A DNA stretch of 64,000 bases from Narcine bancroftii (taxonomy: Eukaryota), in NCBI RefSeq assembly GCF_036971445.1, contig NC_091471.1, positions 329,282,001-329,346,000 of the forward strand. The letters run 5' to 3'. The position numbers were made by a program, and so were the translations under genes. Positions 1-15,000 of this stretch are shown here, piece after piece. The notes under the pieces are model-generated. The model saw only the letters and a list, made by a program, of their open reading frames with translations, ran no database searches and had not been told where the DNA came from. Numbering within the stretch: position 1 is the first letter of the stretch; the number at the start of each line of letters is the position of its first letter.

Positions 1-3000
1 AAGGGGAAAGGGGGAGAGAGATGGGGAAAGGGGAGGGAGATGGGGAAAGGGAGAGAGAGATGGTGAAGGGGAGAGATGAGAAAGGGAAAGGGGGAGAGTG
101 GTGGGGAAAGGGGGAGAGAGATGGGGAAAGGGGAGAGAGATGGGGAAAGGTGCAGAGAGATGGGGAAAGGGGACAGAGAATTGGGGAAAGGCGACAGAGA
201 ATTGGGGAAAGGGGGAGAGGGATGGGGAAAGGAGAGCGAGAGATGTACAAAGGGGAGCGAGAGAATCAGAAAGGGGTAGAGAGAGGGGCAAACGGGGAGA
301 GAGATGGGGAAAGGGGGATAGAGATGGGGAAAGAGGAGAGAGAGATGGGGAAATAGAGAGATGGGGAAAGGGAAGAGATTTGGGAAAAGGGGAGAAAATG
401 GGGGAAATGGGAGAGAGATGGGGAAAGGGGGAGAGAGATGGGAAAAGAGAGCGAGAGTTGTGGAAAGTGGGAGAGATGGGAAAAGGGGAAGGGAAATGGG
501 GAAAGGGGGAGAAAGATGGGGAAAGGGGGCGAGAGAAAGAGAAAGGGGGTGAGAGAAGGGGAAAGGGAGAGAGATGGGGAAAGGGGAGAGAGATGGGGAA
601 AGGGGAGAGAGATAGCGAAAGGGTAGAGAGATGGGGAAAGGGAGAGAGATGGGGAAAGTGGGAGAGAGATGGGGAAAAGAGAGCGAGAGTTGTGGAAAGT
701 GGGAGAGATGGGAAAAGGGGAAGGGAAATGGGGAAAGGGGGAGAAAGATGGGGAAAGGGGTCGAGAGAAAGAGAAAGGGGGTGAGAGAAGGGGAAAGGGA
801 GAGAGATGGGGAAAGAGGAGAGAAATGGGGAAAGGGGGAGCGATATGGGAAAAGTGGGAGCGATATGGAGAAAGGGGGAGAGAGAAGGGGAAATGGAGAG
901 AGATATGGGGAAAGGGGGACAGAGATAGGGAAATGGGGAGATAGATATTGGGAAATGGGGAAAGGTCGGGGAGAGATAGATGAAAAAGGGGGAAATGGTG
1001 AAAGGGGAAAGAATGGTGTAAGGATGGAGAGAGGGGAAAAGAGGAGAGAGAGATGAGAAAAGGGAAGAGATTTGGGAAAAGGGGAGAGAAATGGGGAAAG
1101 GGGAGCAAGAGATGCGGAAATGGGTATAGATAGCGGGGAAAGGGGAGAGAGATGGGAAAGGGGAGAGATATCGGGAAATGGGGAGAGAGATGGGGAAAGG
1201 AGGAGATAGATGGGGAAATGGGGAGAGAAATGGGGAAAGGAGAGAGAGATGGGGAAAGGGGGAGAGAAATGGGGAAATGGGGAGAGAGATGGGGAGAGAA
1301 GTGGTGAAGGGGAGAGATGAGAAAGGGAGAGAAAGGAGGGAGAGAGGTGGGGAAAGGGGGAGAGAGATGGGGAAAGGGGGAGAGAGATGGGGAAAGGGGG
1401 AGAGAGAAGGGGAAAGCTGGATAGAGATGGGGAAAGGGGGAGAGAGATGGCGAAATCGGGAGAGAGATATCAAAAAATTGAGAGAGGTGGGGAAGGGGAG
1501 AGATAGACGAAAAAGGGGAAGAGAAATGGTGAAAGGGGAAAGAATGGTGTAAGGAAGGAGAGAGGGGCAAGGTGGTGAGAGAGATGAGAAAAGGGAAGAG
1601 ATTTGGTAAAATGGGAGAGAGATGGGCAAAGGGGAGGGAGATGGGGAAAGGGGGAGAGAGATGGCAAAATCGGGAGAGAGATATCAGAAAATGGAGAGAG
1701 GTGGGGAAGGGGTGAGATAGACGAAAAAGGGGAAGAGAAATGTTGAAAGGGGAAAGAATGGGGGAAGGAAGGAGAGAGATGGGAAAAGAGGAGAGAGAGA
1801 TGGGGAAATGGAAATTTGGGAAAAGAGGAGAGAGATGGGGAAAGGGGGACAGAGCTGGGGAAGGGGAGAGAGATGGGGACAGGGGGAGAGAGATGGGAAA
1901 GAGAGAGAGATGGTGAAGGGGAGAGAGATGAGCCAGGGGAACACTAAGGGGAAAGGGGGAGAGAAATGGGGAAAGGGGGAGAGAGATATCAGAAAATGGG
2001 GGAGAGGTGGGGAAGGGGTGAGATAGACGAAAAAGGGGAAGAGAAATGGTGAAAAGGGAAAGAAAGGGGTAAGGAACGAGAGAGATGGGGAAAGAGGATA
2101 GAGAGAGATGGGGAAAGGGAAGAGATTTAGGAAAAGGGGAGAGAAAGGGGGAAAGGGGAGCGAGATGGGGAAAGGGGAGAGAGATGGGGAAAGGGGAGCG
2201 AGAGATGTACAAAGGGGAGCGAGAGAATCAGAAGGGGGTAGAGAGAGGGGACAGGGCAAGAGAGATGGGGAAAGGGGCTGAGAGATGGGAAAAGGGGTAG
2301 AGAGATGGGAAAGGGAGAGAGAAATAGTGAAGGGGAGAGATGAGAAAGGGAGAGAAAGGGGGAGAATGGTGGGGAAAGGGGAGAGAGATGGGGAAAGGGG
2401 GAGAGAGATGGGGAAGGGGGGAGAGAGATGGAGAAAGGGGAGAAAGTGTAGGAAAGGAGACAGAGTTGGGGAAAGAAGAGTGGGAGATGCAGAATGGAGT
2501 AGAGAAAGGGGGAAGGGGGAGAGAGATGGGGAAAGGGGAGCGAGAGATGTACAAAGGGGAGCGTGAGAATCAGAAAGGGGTAGAGAGAGGGGGGAAAGGG
2601 GGAGAGATGGGGCAAGAGGAGAGGTGTGCAAAGGGAAGAGATTTGGGAAAAGGAGAGAGGAGGGGGAAAGGGGAGAGAGATGGGGAAAGGGGGAGAGAGA
2701 TGGGAAAAGGAGAGCGAGAGGTGGAAAGAGGGAGTGAAGGAAAAAGGGGAAGAGAGATGGGGAAAGGGGGAGTGAGATGGGGAAAGGGGGATAGAGATGG
2801 GGAAAGGGGGAGAGAGATGGGAAAGAGAGATGGTGAAGGCGAGAGAGATGAGACAGGGGAAGACAAAGGGGAAAGGGGGAGAGAGATGGGGAAAGGGGAG
2901 GGAGATGGGGAAAGGGAGAGAGAGATGGTGAAGGGGAGAGATGAGAAAGGGAAAGGGGGAGAGTGGTGGGGAAAGGGGGAGAGAGATGGGGAAAGGGGAG

Positions 3001-6000
3001 AGAGATGGGGAAAGGTGCAGAGAGATGGGGAAAGGGGACAGAGAATTGGGAAAGGCGACAGAGAATTGGGGAAAGGGGGAGAGGGATGGGAAAGGAGAGC
3101 GAGAGATGTACAAAGGGGAGCGAGAGAATCAGAAAGGGGTAGAGAGAGGGGCAAACGGGGAGAGAGATGGGGAAAGGGGGATAGAGATGGGGAAAGAGGA
3201 GAGAGAGATGGGGAAATAGAGAGATGGGGAAAGGGAAGAGATTTGGGAAAAGGGGAGAAAATGGGGGAAATGGGAGAGAGATGGGGAAAGGGGGAGAGAG
3301 ATGGGAAAAGAGAGCGAGAGTTGTGGAAAGTGGGAGAGATGGGAAAAGGGGAAGGGAAATGGGGAAAGGGGGAGAAAGATGGGGAAAGGGGGCGAGAGAA
3401 AGAGAAAGGGGGTGAGAGAAGGGGAAAGGGAGAGAGATGGGGAAAGGGGAGAGAGATGGGGAAAGGGGAGAGAGATAGCGAAAGGGTAGAGAGATGGGGA
3501 AAGGGAGAGAGATGGGGAAAGTGGGAGAGAGATGGGGAAAAGAGAGCGAGAGTTGTGGAAAGTGGGAGAGATGGGAAAAGGGGAAGGGAAATGGGGAAAG
3601 GGGGAGAAAGATGGGGAAAGGGGTCGAGAGAAAGAGAAAGGGGGTGAGAGAAGTGGAAAGGGAGAGAGATGGGGAAAGAGGAGAGAAATGGGGAAAGGGG
3701 GAGCGATATGGAAAAGTGGGAGCGATATGGAGAAAGGGGGAGAGAGAAGGGGAAATGGAGAGAGATATGGGGAAAGGGGGACAGAGATAGGGAAATGGGG
3801 AGATAGATATTGGGAAATGGGGAAAGGTCGGGGAGAGATAGATGAAAAAGGGGGAAATGGTGAAAGGGGAAAGAATGGTGTAAGGATGGAGAGAGGGGAA
3901 AAGAGGAGAGAGAGATGAGAAAAGGGAAGAGATTTGGGAAAAGGGGAGAGAAATGGGGAAAGGGGAGCAAGAGATGCGGAAATGGGTATAGATAGCGGGG
4001 AAAGGGGAGAGAGATGGGAAAGGGGAGAGATATCGGGAAATGGGGAGAGAGATGGGGAAAGGAGGAGATAGATGGGGAAATGGGGAGAGAAATGGGGAAA
4101 GGAGAGAGAGATGGGGAAAGGGGGAGAGAAATGGGGAAATGGGGAGAGAGATGGGGAGAGAAGTGGTGAAGGGGAGAGATGAGAAAGGGAGAGAAAGGAG
4201 GGAGAGAGGTGGGGAAAGGGGGAGAGAGATGGGGAAAGGGGGAGAGAGATGGGGAAAGGGGGAGAGAGAAGGGGAAAGCTGGATAGAGATGGGGAAAGGG
4301 GGAGAGAGATGGGGAAAGTTGGAGAGAGATGGGGAAAGGGGAGAGATGGGGAAAGGGGGAGAGAGATGGGGAAATGGGGAGAGAGATGGGGAAATGGGGA
4401 GAGATATCGGAAAATGGGGGAGAGTTGGGGAAGGGTAGAGAAATGAAAAAGAGGAAGAGAAATGGTGAAAGGGGAAAGAATGGGAGAAGGAAGGAGAGAG
4501 ATGGGGAAAGAGGAGAGAGAGATGGAGAAAGCGAAGATATTTGGGAAAAGGGGAGACAGATGGGGAAAGGGGGAGAGAGATGGAGAAAGGGGAGGGAGAT
4601 GGGGAAAGGGAAAGAGAGAAGGTGAAGGGGAGAGATGAGAAAGGGAAAGCGGGAGAGTGGTGGGGAAAGGGGGAGAGAGATGGGGAAAGGGGGAGAGAGA
4701 TGGGGAAAGTTGGAGAGAGATGGGGAAAGGGGGAGAGAGAAGGGGAAAGCTGGATAGAGATGGGGAAAGGGGGAGAGAGATGGGGAAAGGTGCAGAGTGA
4801 TGGGGAAAGGGGGAGAGATGGGGAAATGAGGGGAGAGATGGGGAAAGGGGAAAGAGTTGGGGGAAGGGGGAGAAAGATGGGGAAAGGGGAAGAGAGATGG
4901 GGAAATGGGGAGAGAGATATCGGAAAATGGGGGAGAGTTGGGGAAGGGTAGAGAAATGAAAAAGAGGAAGAGAAATGGTGAAAGGGGAAAGAATGGGAGA
5001 AGGAAGGAGAGAGATGGGGAAAGAGGAGAGAGAGATGGAGAAAGCAAAGATATTTGGGAAAAGGGGAGACAGATGGGGAAAGGGGGAGAGAGATGGGGAA
5101 GGGGAGAGAGATGGGGAAGGGTGAGAGAGATGGGGAAAGGGGTAGAGAGATGGAGAAAGGGGAGAAAGAGTAGGAAAGGAGACAGAGTTGGGGAAAGAAG
5201 AGTGAGAGATGCAGAAAGGAGTAGAGAAAGGGGGAAGGGGGAGAGGGATGGGGAAAGGGGAGCAAGAGATGTACAAAGGGGAGCGTGAGAATCAGAAAGG
5301 GGTAGAGAGAGGGGGGAAAGGGGGAGAGATGGGGAAAGGGGAGAGAGATGGGGCAAGAGGAAAGGGAGGTGTGCAAAGGGAAGAGATTTGGGAAAAGGAG
5401 AGAGAAGGGGGAAAGGGGAGAGAGATGGGAAAAGGGGGAGAGAGATGGGAAAAGGTGAGCGAGAGGTGGAAAGAGGGAGTGGCGGAAAAAGGGGAAGAGA
5501 GATGGGAAAGGGAGAGTGAGATGGGGAAAGGGGATACAGATGGGGAAAGGGGGAGAGAGATGGGAAAGAGAGAGAGATGGTGAAGGCGAGAGAGATGAGA
5601 CAGGGGAGGACAAAGGGGAAAGGGGGAGAGAGATGGGGAAAGGGGAGGGAGATGGGGAAAGGGGGAGAGAGATGGCGAAATCGGAGAGAGATATCAGAAA
5701 ATGGGGGAGAGGTGGGAAGGGGAGAGATAGACGAAAAAGAGGAAGAGAAATGTTGAAAGGGGAAAGAATGGGGGAAGGAAGGAGAGAGATGGGAAAGAGG
5801 AGAGAGAGATGGGGAAAGGGAAATTTGGGAAAAGATGAGAGAGAAGGGGAAAGGGGGACAGAGCTGGGGAAGGGGAGAGAGATGGGGACAGGGGGAGAGA
5901 GATGGTGAAAGGGGGAGAGAGATGGGAAAGAGAGAGAGATGGTGAAGGGGAGAGAGATGAGTCAGGGGAAGACTAAGGGGAAAGGGGGAGAGAGAAGGGT

Positions 6001-9000
6001 AAAGGGGAGAGAGATGTGGAAAGGGGGAGAGAGATTGCGAAATGGGGAGAGAGATATCAGAAAATGGGGGAGAGGTGGGGAAGGGGTGAGACAGACGAAA
6101 AAGGGGAAGAGAAATGGAGAAAAGGGAAAGAATGGGGTAAGGAACGAGAGAGATGGGGAAAGAGGATAGAGAGAGATGGGGAAAGGGAAGAGATTTAGGA
6201 AAAGGGGAGAGAAAGGGGGAAAGGGGAGCGAGAGATGTACAAAGGAGAGCGAGAGAATCAGAAGGGGGTAGAGAGAGGGGACAGGGCAAGAGAGATGGGG
6301 AAAGGGGCTGAGAGATGGGAAAAGGGGTAGAGAGATGGGAAAGGGAGAGAGAAATAGTGAAGGAGAGAGATGAGAAAGGGAGAAAAAGGGGGAGAATGGT
6401 GGGGAAAGGGGTAGAGAGATGGGGAAAGGGGGAGAGAGATGGGGAAAGGGGGAGAGAGATGGGGAAAAGAGAGCGATAGTTGTGGAAAGTGGGAGAGATG
6501 GGAAAAGGGGAAGGGAAATGGGGAAAGGGGGAGAAAGATGGGGAAAGGGGGCGAGAGAAAGGGAAAGGGGGTGAGAGAAGGTAAAAGGGAGAGAGATGGG
6601 GAAAGGGGAGAGAGATGGGGAAAGGGGAGAGAGATGGGGAAAGGGGAGAGAGATGGGGAAAGGGGGAGAGATGGGGAAAGGGTGAGAGATGGGGAAAGGA
6701 GAGATATGGGAAATGGGGGGTTGAGAGATGGGGATAGGGGAGAGAGATGGGGAAAGGGGAGAGAGATGGGGAAAGGGAGAGATGGGGAAAGAGAGAGATG
6801 GGGAAAGGAAGAGAGATGGGTAAAGGAGAGATATGGGAAAAGGGGGGGAGAGAGATGGAGATAGGGGAGAGAGATGGGGAAAGGGGACAGAAATTGGGGA
6901 AAGGGGACAGAGAATTGGGGAAAGGGGGAGAGGGATGGGGAAAGGAGAGCGAGAGATGTACAAAGGGGAGCGAGAGAATCAGAAAGGGGTAGAGAGAGGG
7001 GCAAACGGGGAGAGAGATGGGGAAAGGGGATAGAGATGGGGAAAGAGGAGAGAGAGATGGGGAAATAGAGAGATGGGGAAAGGGAAGAGATTTTGGAAAA
7101 GGGAAGAAAAAGGGGGAAATGGGAGAGAGATGGGGAAAGGGGGATAGAGATGGGGAAAAGAGAGCGAGAGTTGTGGAAAGTGGGAGAGATGGAAAAAGGG
7201 GAAGGGAAATGGGGAAGGGAAATGGGGAAAGGGGGAAAAAGATGGGGAAAGGGGACGAGAGAAAGAAAAAGGGGGTGAGAGAAGTGGAAAGGGAGAGAGA
7301 TGGGGAAAGGGGAGAGAGATGGGGAAAGGGGAGAGAGATAGCGAAAGGATAGAGAGATGGGGAAAGGGGAGAGAGATGGTGAAAGGGGAGAGAAATGGGG
7401 AAAGGGGGAGCGATATGGGAAAAGTGGGAGCGATATGGAGAAAGGGGGAGAGAGAAGGGGAAATGGAGAGAGATATGGGGAAAGGGGGACAGAGAAAGGG
7501 AAATGGGGAGATAGATATCGGGAAATGGGGAAAGGACGGGGAGAGATATACGAAAAAGGGGGAAATGGTGAAAGGGGAAAGAATGGTGTAAGGATGGAGA
7601 GAGGGGCAAAGAGGAGAGAGAGATGAGAAAAGGGAAGAGATTTGGGAAAAGGGGAGAGAAATGGGGAAAGGGGAGCAAGGGATGCGGAAATGGGTATAGA
7701 TAGGGGGGAAAGGGGAGTAAGATGGAGAAAGGGGAGAGAGATGGGGAAAGGGGAGAGAGATGGGGAAAGGGGAGAGAGATGTGGAAAGGGGAGCGAGAGA
7801 TGTACAAAGGAGAGCGAGAGAATCAGAAGGGCGTAGAGAGAGGGGACAGGGCAAGAGAGATGGGGAAAGGGGCTGAGAGATGGGAAAAGGGGTAGAGAGA
7901 TGGGAAAGGGAGAGAGAAATGGTGAAGGGGAGAGATGGGAAAGGGAGAGAAAGGGGGAGAATGGTGGGGAATGGGGAAGAGAGATGGGGAAAGGGGGAGA
8001 GAGATGGGGAAAGGGGGAGAGAGATGGGGGGGAGAGGGGGGAGAAAGGAAGGGGAAAGCTGGGGGAAGGGGGAGAAGAAGGGGAAAGCTGGAGAGAGATG
8101 GGGAAAGGGGGAGAGAGATGGGGAAAGGTGGCGAGAGATGGGGAAAGGGGGAGAGATGGGGAAATGAGGGGAGAGATGGGGAAAGGGGAAAGAGTTGGGG
8201 GAAGGGGAGAGAGAAGGGGAAAGGGGGAGAGTGATGGGGAAATGGGGAGAGATATCGGAAAATGGGGGAGAGTTGGGGAAGGGTAGAGAAATGAAAAAGT
8301 GGAAGAGAAATGGTGAAAGGGGAAAGAATAGGAGAAGGAAGGAGAGAGATGGGGAAAGAGAAGAGAGAGATGGAGAAAGAAAAGATATTTGGGAAAAGGG
8401 GAGAGAGATGGGGAAGGGGAGAGAGATGGGGATAGGGGGAGAGAGATGGAGAAAGGGGAGAAAGAGTAGGAAAGGAGACAGAGTTGGGGAAAGAAGAGCG
8501 AGAGATGCAGAAAGGAGTAGAGAAAGGGGGAAGGAGGAGAGAGATGGGGAAAAGAGAGCGAGAGATGTACAAAGGGGAGCGTGAGAATCAGAAAGGGGTA
8601 GAGAGAGGGGGGAAAGGGGGAGAGATGGGGAAAGGGGAGAGAGATGGGGCAAGAGGAAAGAGAGGTGTGCAAAGGGAAGAGATTTGGGAAAAGAAGAGAG
8701 AAGGGGGAAAGGGGAGAGAGACAGGGAAAGGGGGAGAGAGGTGGGAAAAGGTGAGCGAGAGGTGGAAAGAGGGAGTGATGGAAAAAGGGGAAGAGAGATG
8801 GGGTAAGGGGGAGTGAGATGGGGAAAGGGGGATAGAGATGGGGAAAGGGGGAGAGAGATGGGAATGAGAGAGAGATTGTGAAGGCGAGAGAGATGAGACA
8901 GGGGAAGACAAAGGGGAAAGGGGGAGAGAGATGGGCAAAGGGGAGATGGGGAAAGGGGGAGAGAGAAGGCGAAATCGGGAGAGAGATATCAGAAAATGGA

Positions 9001-12000
9001 GAGAGGTGGGGAAGGGGAGAGATAGACGAAAAAGGGGAAGAGAAATGGTGAAAGGGGAAAGAATGGTGTAAGGAAGGAGAGAGGGGCAAGGTGGTGAGAG
9101 AGATGAGAAAAGGGAAGAGATTTGGTAAAATGGGAGAGAGACGGGGAAAGGGGAGCAAGAGATGCGGAAAGCGAAGCAAGTGAAAAGCGGAGCTATTGAT
9201 GCGGAAAGGGGTATAGAAAAGGGAGAAAGGGGGAGAGAGATGGGGAAAGGGGGAGAGAGATGAGGAAGGGGAGAGAGATGGGGAAAGGGGGAGATGGAGA
9301 AAGGGGAGAAAGAGTGGGAAAGGAGACAGAGTTGGGGAAAGGAGAGTGAGAGATGCGGAAAGGTGTAGAGAAAGGGGGAAGGGGGAGAGGTGGGGAAAAG
9401 GGGAGAGAGATTGGGAAAGAGGAGATAGAGATGGCGAAAGGGAAATTTGGGAAAAGAGGAGAGAGATGGGGAAAGGGGGACAGAGCTGGGGAAGGGGAGA
9501 GAGATGGGGACAGGGGAAGAGAGATGGTGAAAGGGGGAGAGAGATGGGAAAGAGAGAGAGATGGTGAAGGGGAGAGAGATGAGTCAGGGGAAGACTAAGT
9601 GGAAAGGGGGAGAGAAATGGGGAAAGGGGGAGAGAGAAGGGTAAAGGGGAAAGAGATGTGGAAAGGGGGAGAGAGATGGCGAAATGGGGAGAGAGATAAC
9701 AGAAAATGGGGGAGAGGTGGGGAAGGGGTGAGATAGACGAAAAAGGGGAAGAGAAATGGTGAAAAGGGAAAGAATGATGTAAGGAACGAGAGAGATGGGG
9801 AAAGAGGATAGAGAGAGATGGGGAAAGGGAAGAGATTTAGGAAAAGGGGAGAGAAAGGGGAAAAGGGGAGAGAGATGGGGAAAGGGGAGAGAGATGGGAA
9901 AAGGGGAGCGATTGATGTACAAAGGGGAGCGAGAGAATCAGAAGGGGGTAGAGAGAGGGGACAGGGCAAGAGAGATGGGGAAAGGGGCTGAGAGATGGGA
10001 AAAGGGGTAGAGAGATGGGAAAGGCAGAGAGAAATGTTGAAGGGGAGAGATGAGAAAGGGGGAGAATGGTGGGGAAAGGGGGAGAGAGATGGGGAAAGGG
10101 GGAGAGAGATGGGGAAAGGGGAGAGAGATGGGGAAAGGGGAGAAAGAAGGGGAAAGCTGGATAGAGATGGGGAAAGGGGGAGAGAGATGGGGAAAGGTGG
10201 AGAGAGATGGGGAAAGGGGGAGAGATGGGGAAATGAGGGGAGAAATGGGGAAAGGGGAAAGAGTTGGGGGAAGGGGGAGAGAGATGGGGAAAGGGGGAGA
10301 GAGATGGGGAAATGGGGAAAGAATGGGAGAAGGAAGGAGAGAGAGATGGAGAAAGCAAAGATATTTGGGAAAAGGGGAGAGAGATGGGGAAGGGGAGAGA
10401 GATGGGAAAAGGGGGAGAGAGATGGAGAAAGGGGAGAAAGAGTAGGAAAGGAGACAAAGTTGGGGAAAGAAGAGCGAGAGATGCAGAAAGGAGTAGAGAA
10501 AGGGGGAAGGGGGAGAGAGATGGGGAAAGGAGAGCGAGAGATGTAGAAAGGGGAGAGTGAGAATCTGAAAGGGGTAGAGAGAGGGGGGAAAGGGGTTGAG
10601 ATGGGGAAAGGGGAGAGAGATGGGGCAAGAGGAAAGAGAGGTGTGCAAAGGGAAGAGATTTGGGAAAAGGAGAGAGAAGGGGGAAAGGGGAGAGAGATGG
10701 GGAAAGGGGGAGAGAGATGGGAAAAGGAGAGCGAGAGGTGGAAAGAGGGAGTGAAGGAAAAAGGGGAAGAGAGATGGGGAAAGGGGAAAGAGTTGGGGGA
10801 AGGGGGAGAGAGATGGGGAAAGGGGGAGAGAGATGAGGAAGGGGAGAGAGATGGGGAAAGGGGGAGATGGAGAAAGGGGAGGAAGTGTGGGAAAGGAGAC
10901 AGAGTTGGGGAAAGGAGAGTGAGAGATGCGGAAAGGGGTAGAGAAAGGGGGAAGGGGGAGAGTTAGGGAAAAGGGGAGAGAGATTGGGAAAGAGGAGAGA
11001 GAGATGTGCAAAGGGAAGAGATTTGGGAAAATGAGAGAGATGGGGGAAAGGGGAGAGAGATGGGGAAAGGGGGAGAGAGATGGGGAAAGGAGAGCAAGAG
11101 GTGGAAAGGGGAGAGAAGGGACAAGGGGAAGAGAGATGGGGAAAGGGAAATTTGGGAAAAGAGGAGAGAGATGGGGAAAGGGGGACAGAGCTGGGGAAGG
11201 GGAGAGAGATGGGGACAGGGGGAGAGAGATGGTGAAAGGGGGAGAGAGATGGGAAAGAGAGAGAGATGGTGAAGGGGAGAGAGATGAGTCAGGGGAAGAC
11301 TAAGGGGAAAGGGGGAGAGAAATGGGGAAAGGGGGAGAGAGAAGGGTAAAGGGGAGAGAGATGTGGAAAGGGGGTGAGAGAATGCGAAATGGGGAGAGAG
11401 ATATCAGAAAATGGGGGAGAGGTGGGGAAGGGGTGAGATAGACGAAAAAGGGGAAGAGAAATGGTGAAAAGGGAAAGAATGGGGTAAGGAATGAGAGAGA
11501 TGGGGAAAGAGGATAGAGAGAGATGGGGAAAGGGAAGAGATTTAGGAAAAGGGGAGAGAAAAGGGGAAAGGGGAGAGAAAGGGGGAAAGGGGAGAGAGAT
11601 GGGGAAAGGGGAGAGAGATGGGGAAAGGGGAGCGAGAGATGTACAAAGGGGAGCGAGAGAATCAGAAGGGGGTAGAGAGAGGGGACAGGGCAAGAGAGAT
11701 GGGGAAAGGGGCTGAGAGATGGGAAAAGGGGTAGAGAGATGGGAAAGGGAGAGAGAAATGGTGAAGGGGAGAGATGAGACAGGGGAAGACAAAGGGAAAA
11801 GGGGGAGAGAGATGGGGAAAGGGGAGAGAGATGGGGAAAGGGGGAGAGAGATGGCGAAATCGGGAGAGAGATATCAGAAAATGGGGAGAGGTGGGGAAGG
11901 GGAGAGATAGACGAAAAAGGGGAAGAGAAATGGTGAAAGGGGAAAGAATGGTGTAAGGAAGGAGAGAGGGGCAAGGTGGTGAGAGAGATGAGAAAAGGGA

Positions 12001-15000
12001 AGAGATTTGGTAAAATGGGAGAGAGACGGGGAAAGGGGAGCAAGAGATGCGGAAAGCGAAGCAAGTGAAAAGCGGAGCAAGTGATGCGGAAAGAGGTATA
12101 GAAAAGGGAGAAAGGGGGAGAGAGATGGGGAAAGGAGGATAGAGATGAGGAAGGGGAGAGAGATGGGGAAAGGGGGAGATGGAGAAAGGGGAGAAAGAGT
12201 GGGAAAGGAGACAGAGTTGGGGAAAGGAGAGTGAGAGATGCGGAAAGGGGTAGAGAAAGGGGGAAGGGGGAGAGGTAGGGAAAAGGGGAGAGAGATTGGG
12301 AAAGAGGAGAGAGAGGTGTGCAAAGGGAAGAGATTTGGGAAAATGAGAGAGATGGGGGAAAGGGGTGAGAGATGTGGAAAGGGGGAGAGAGATGGGGAAA
12401 GGAGAGCAAGAGGTGGAAAGGGGAGAGAAGGGACAAGGGGAAGAGAGATGGGGAAAGGGAAATTTGGGAAAAGAGGAGAGAGATGGGGAAAGGGGGACAG
12501 CTGGGGAAGGGGAGAGAGATGGGGACAGGGGGAGAGAGATGGTGAAAGGGGGAGAGAGATGGGAAAGAGAGAGAGATGGTGAAGGGGAGAGAGATGAGTC
12601 AGGGGAAGACTAAGGGGAAAGGGGGAGAGAAATGGGGAAAGGGGGAGAGAGAAGGGTAAAGGGGAGAGAGATGTGGAAAGGGGGTGAGAGAATGCGAAAT
12701 GGGGAGAGAGATATCAGAAAATGGGGGAGAGGTGGGGAAGGGGTGAGATAGACGAAAAAGGGGAAGAGAAATGGTGAAAAGGGAAAGAATGGGGTAAGGA
12801 ATGAGAGAGATGGGGAAAGAGGATAGAGAGAGATGGGGAAAGGGAAGAGATTTAGGAAAAGGGGAGAGAAAGGGGGAAAGGGGAGAGAGATGGGGAAAGG
12901 GGAGAGAGATGGGGAAAGGGGAGTGAGAGATGTATAAAGGGGAGCGAGAGAATCAGAAGGGGGTAGAGAGAGGGGACAGGGCAAGAGAGATGGGGAAAGG
13001 GGCTGAGAGATGGGAAAAGGGGTAGAGAGATGGGAAAGGGAGAGAGAAATGGTGAAGGGGAGAGATGAGAAAGGGAGAGAAAGGGGGAGAATGGTGGGGA
13101 ATGGGGGAGAGAGATGGGGAAAGGGGGAGAGAGATGGGGAAAGGGGGAGAGAGATGGGGAAAGGGGGAGAAAGAAGGGGAAAGCTGGAGAGAGATGGGGA
13201 AAGGGGGAGAGAGATGGGGAAAGGTGGCGAGAGATGGGGAAATGGAGAGAGATATGGGGAAAGGGGGAGAGAGATGGGGAAAGGGGGAGAGAGAAGGGGA
13301 AATGGAGAGAGATATGGGGAAAGGGGGACAGAGATAGGGAAATGGAGAGATAAATATCGGGAAATGGGGGAAAGGTCGGGGAGAGATAGACGAAAAAGGG
13401 GGAAATGGTGAAAAGGGAAAGAATGGTGTAAGGATGGAGAGAGGGGCAAAGAGGAGAGAGAGATGAGAAAAGGGAAGAGATTTGGGAAAATTGGAGACAA
13501 ATGGGGAAAGGGGAGCAAGAGATGCGGAAATGGGTATAGATAGGGGGGAAAGGGGAGAGAGATGGGGAAAGGGGTGAGAGATGGGGAAAGGGGAGAGATA
13601 TGGGGAAAGAGGGAGAGAGATGGGGAAAGAGGGAGAGAGATGGGGAAAGGAGGAGATACATGGGGAAATGGGGAGAGAAATGGGGAAAGGAGAGAGAGAT
13701 GGGGAAAGGGGGAGAGAAATGGGGAAATAGGGAGAGAGATGGGGAAAGGGGGAGAGAGAAGGGGAAAGCTGGATAGAGATGGGGAAAGGGGGAAAGAGAT
13801 GGGGAAAGGTGGAGAGAGTTGGGGAAAGGGGGAGAGATGGGGAAATGAGGGGAAAGAGTTGGGGAAGGGGGAGAGAGATGGGGAAAGGGAAGAGTTGGGG
13901 AAAGCGGAGAGAGATGGGGAGAGGGGAGAGAAATGGGGAAAGGGGAGAGAAATGGTGAAGGGGAGAGAGATGAGACAGGGGAAGACAAAGAGGAAACGGG
14001 GAGAGAGAAGGGTAAAGGGGGAGAGTGTGGGGAAACGAGGAAAGGAATGGGGAAAGGGAGTGAGAGATGGGGAAAGGGAAGAGTTGGGAAAGTAGAGAGA
14101 GACGGAGAAAGGGAAGAGAGATGGGGAAAGTGGAGAGATATGGGGAAAGGGGAGTGAGATGGGGAAAAGGGGAGAGAGAGGGGGAAAGGCTAGCGAGAGC
14201 TGCGGAAAGGGGAAGAGGGGGATAAGGGGGAAAGAGATAGGGAAAGGGGAGAGAGTTGGGGAAAGGGGACAGAGAATTGAGGAAAGGGGGAGAGAGATGG
14301 GGAAGGGGTAAAGATGGGGAAAGGGGAGAGATGGGGAAAGGCGGAGAGATGGAAAAGGGAGAGGGATGGGGAAAGTGGGAGAGATGGGAAAAGGTGAGAG
14401 AGATGGGCAAAGGGGGAGAGTGATGGGCAAAGGAGGAGAGAGATGTGGAAAGGGGGAGAGAGATTTGGAAGGGGGAGAGAGATGGGAAAGTGGAGAGAGG
14501 GGAGAGAGATGCGAGAGAAGGAGAAAGATGTGGAAAGGGGAGAGAGATGGGGGAAGGGGGAGAGATGGGGAAAGGGTGAGAGATGGGGAAAGGGAGAGAT
14601 GGGGAAAGAGAGAGATGGGGAAAGGAAGAGAGATGGGTAAAGGAGAGATATGGGAAAAGTGGGGAAGAGAGATGGGGATAGGGGGAGAGAGATGGGGAAA
14701 GGGGACAGAGAATTGGGGACAGGGGACAGAGAATTGGGGAAAGGGGTAGAGGGATGGGGAAAGGAGAGCGAGAGATGTACAAAGGGGAGCGAGAGAATCA
14801 GAAAGGGGTAGAGAGAGGGGCAAATGGGAGAGAGATGGGGAAAGGGGGATAGAGATGGGGAAAGAGGAGAGAGAGATGGGGAAATAGAGAGATGGGGAAA
14901 GGGAAGAGATTTGGGAAAAGGGGAGAAAAAGGGGGAAATGGGAGAGAGATGGGGAAAGGGGGAGAGAGATGGGGAAAAGAGAGCGAGAGTTGTGGAAAGT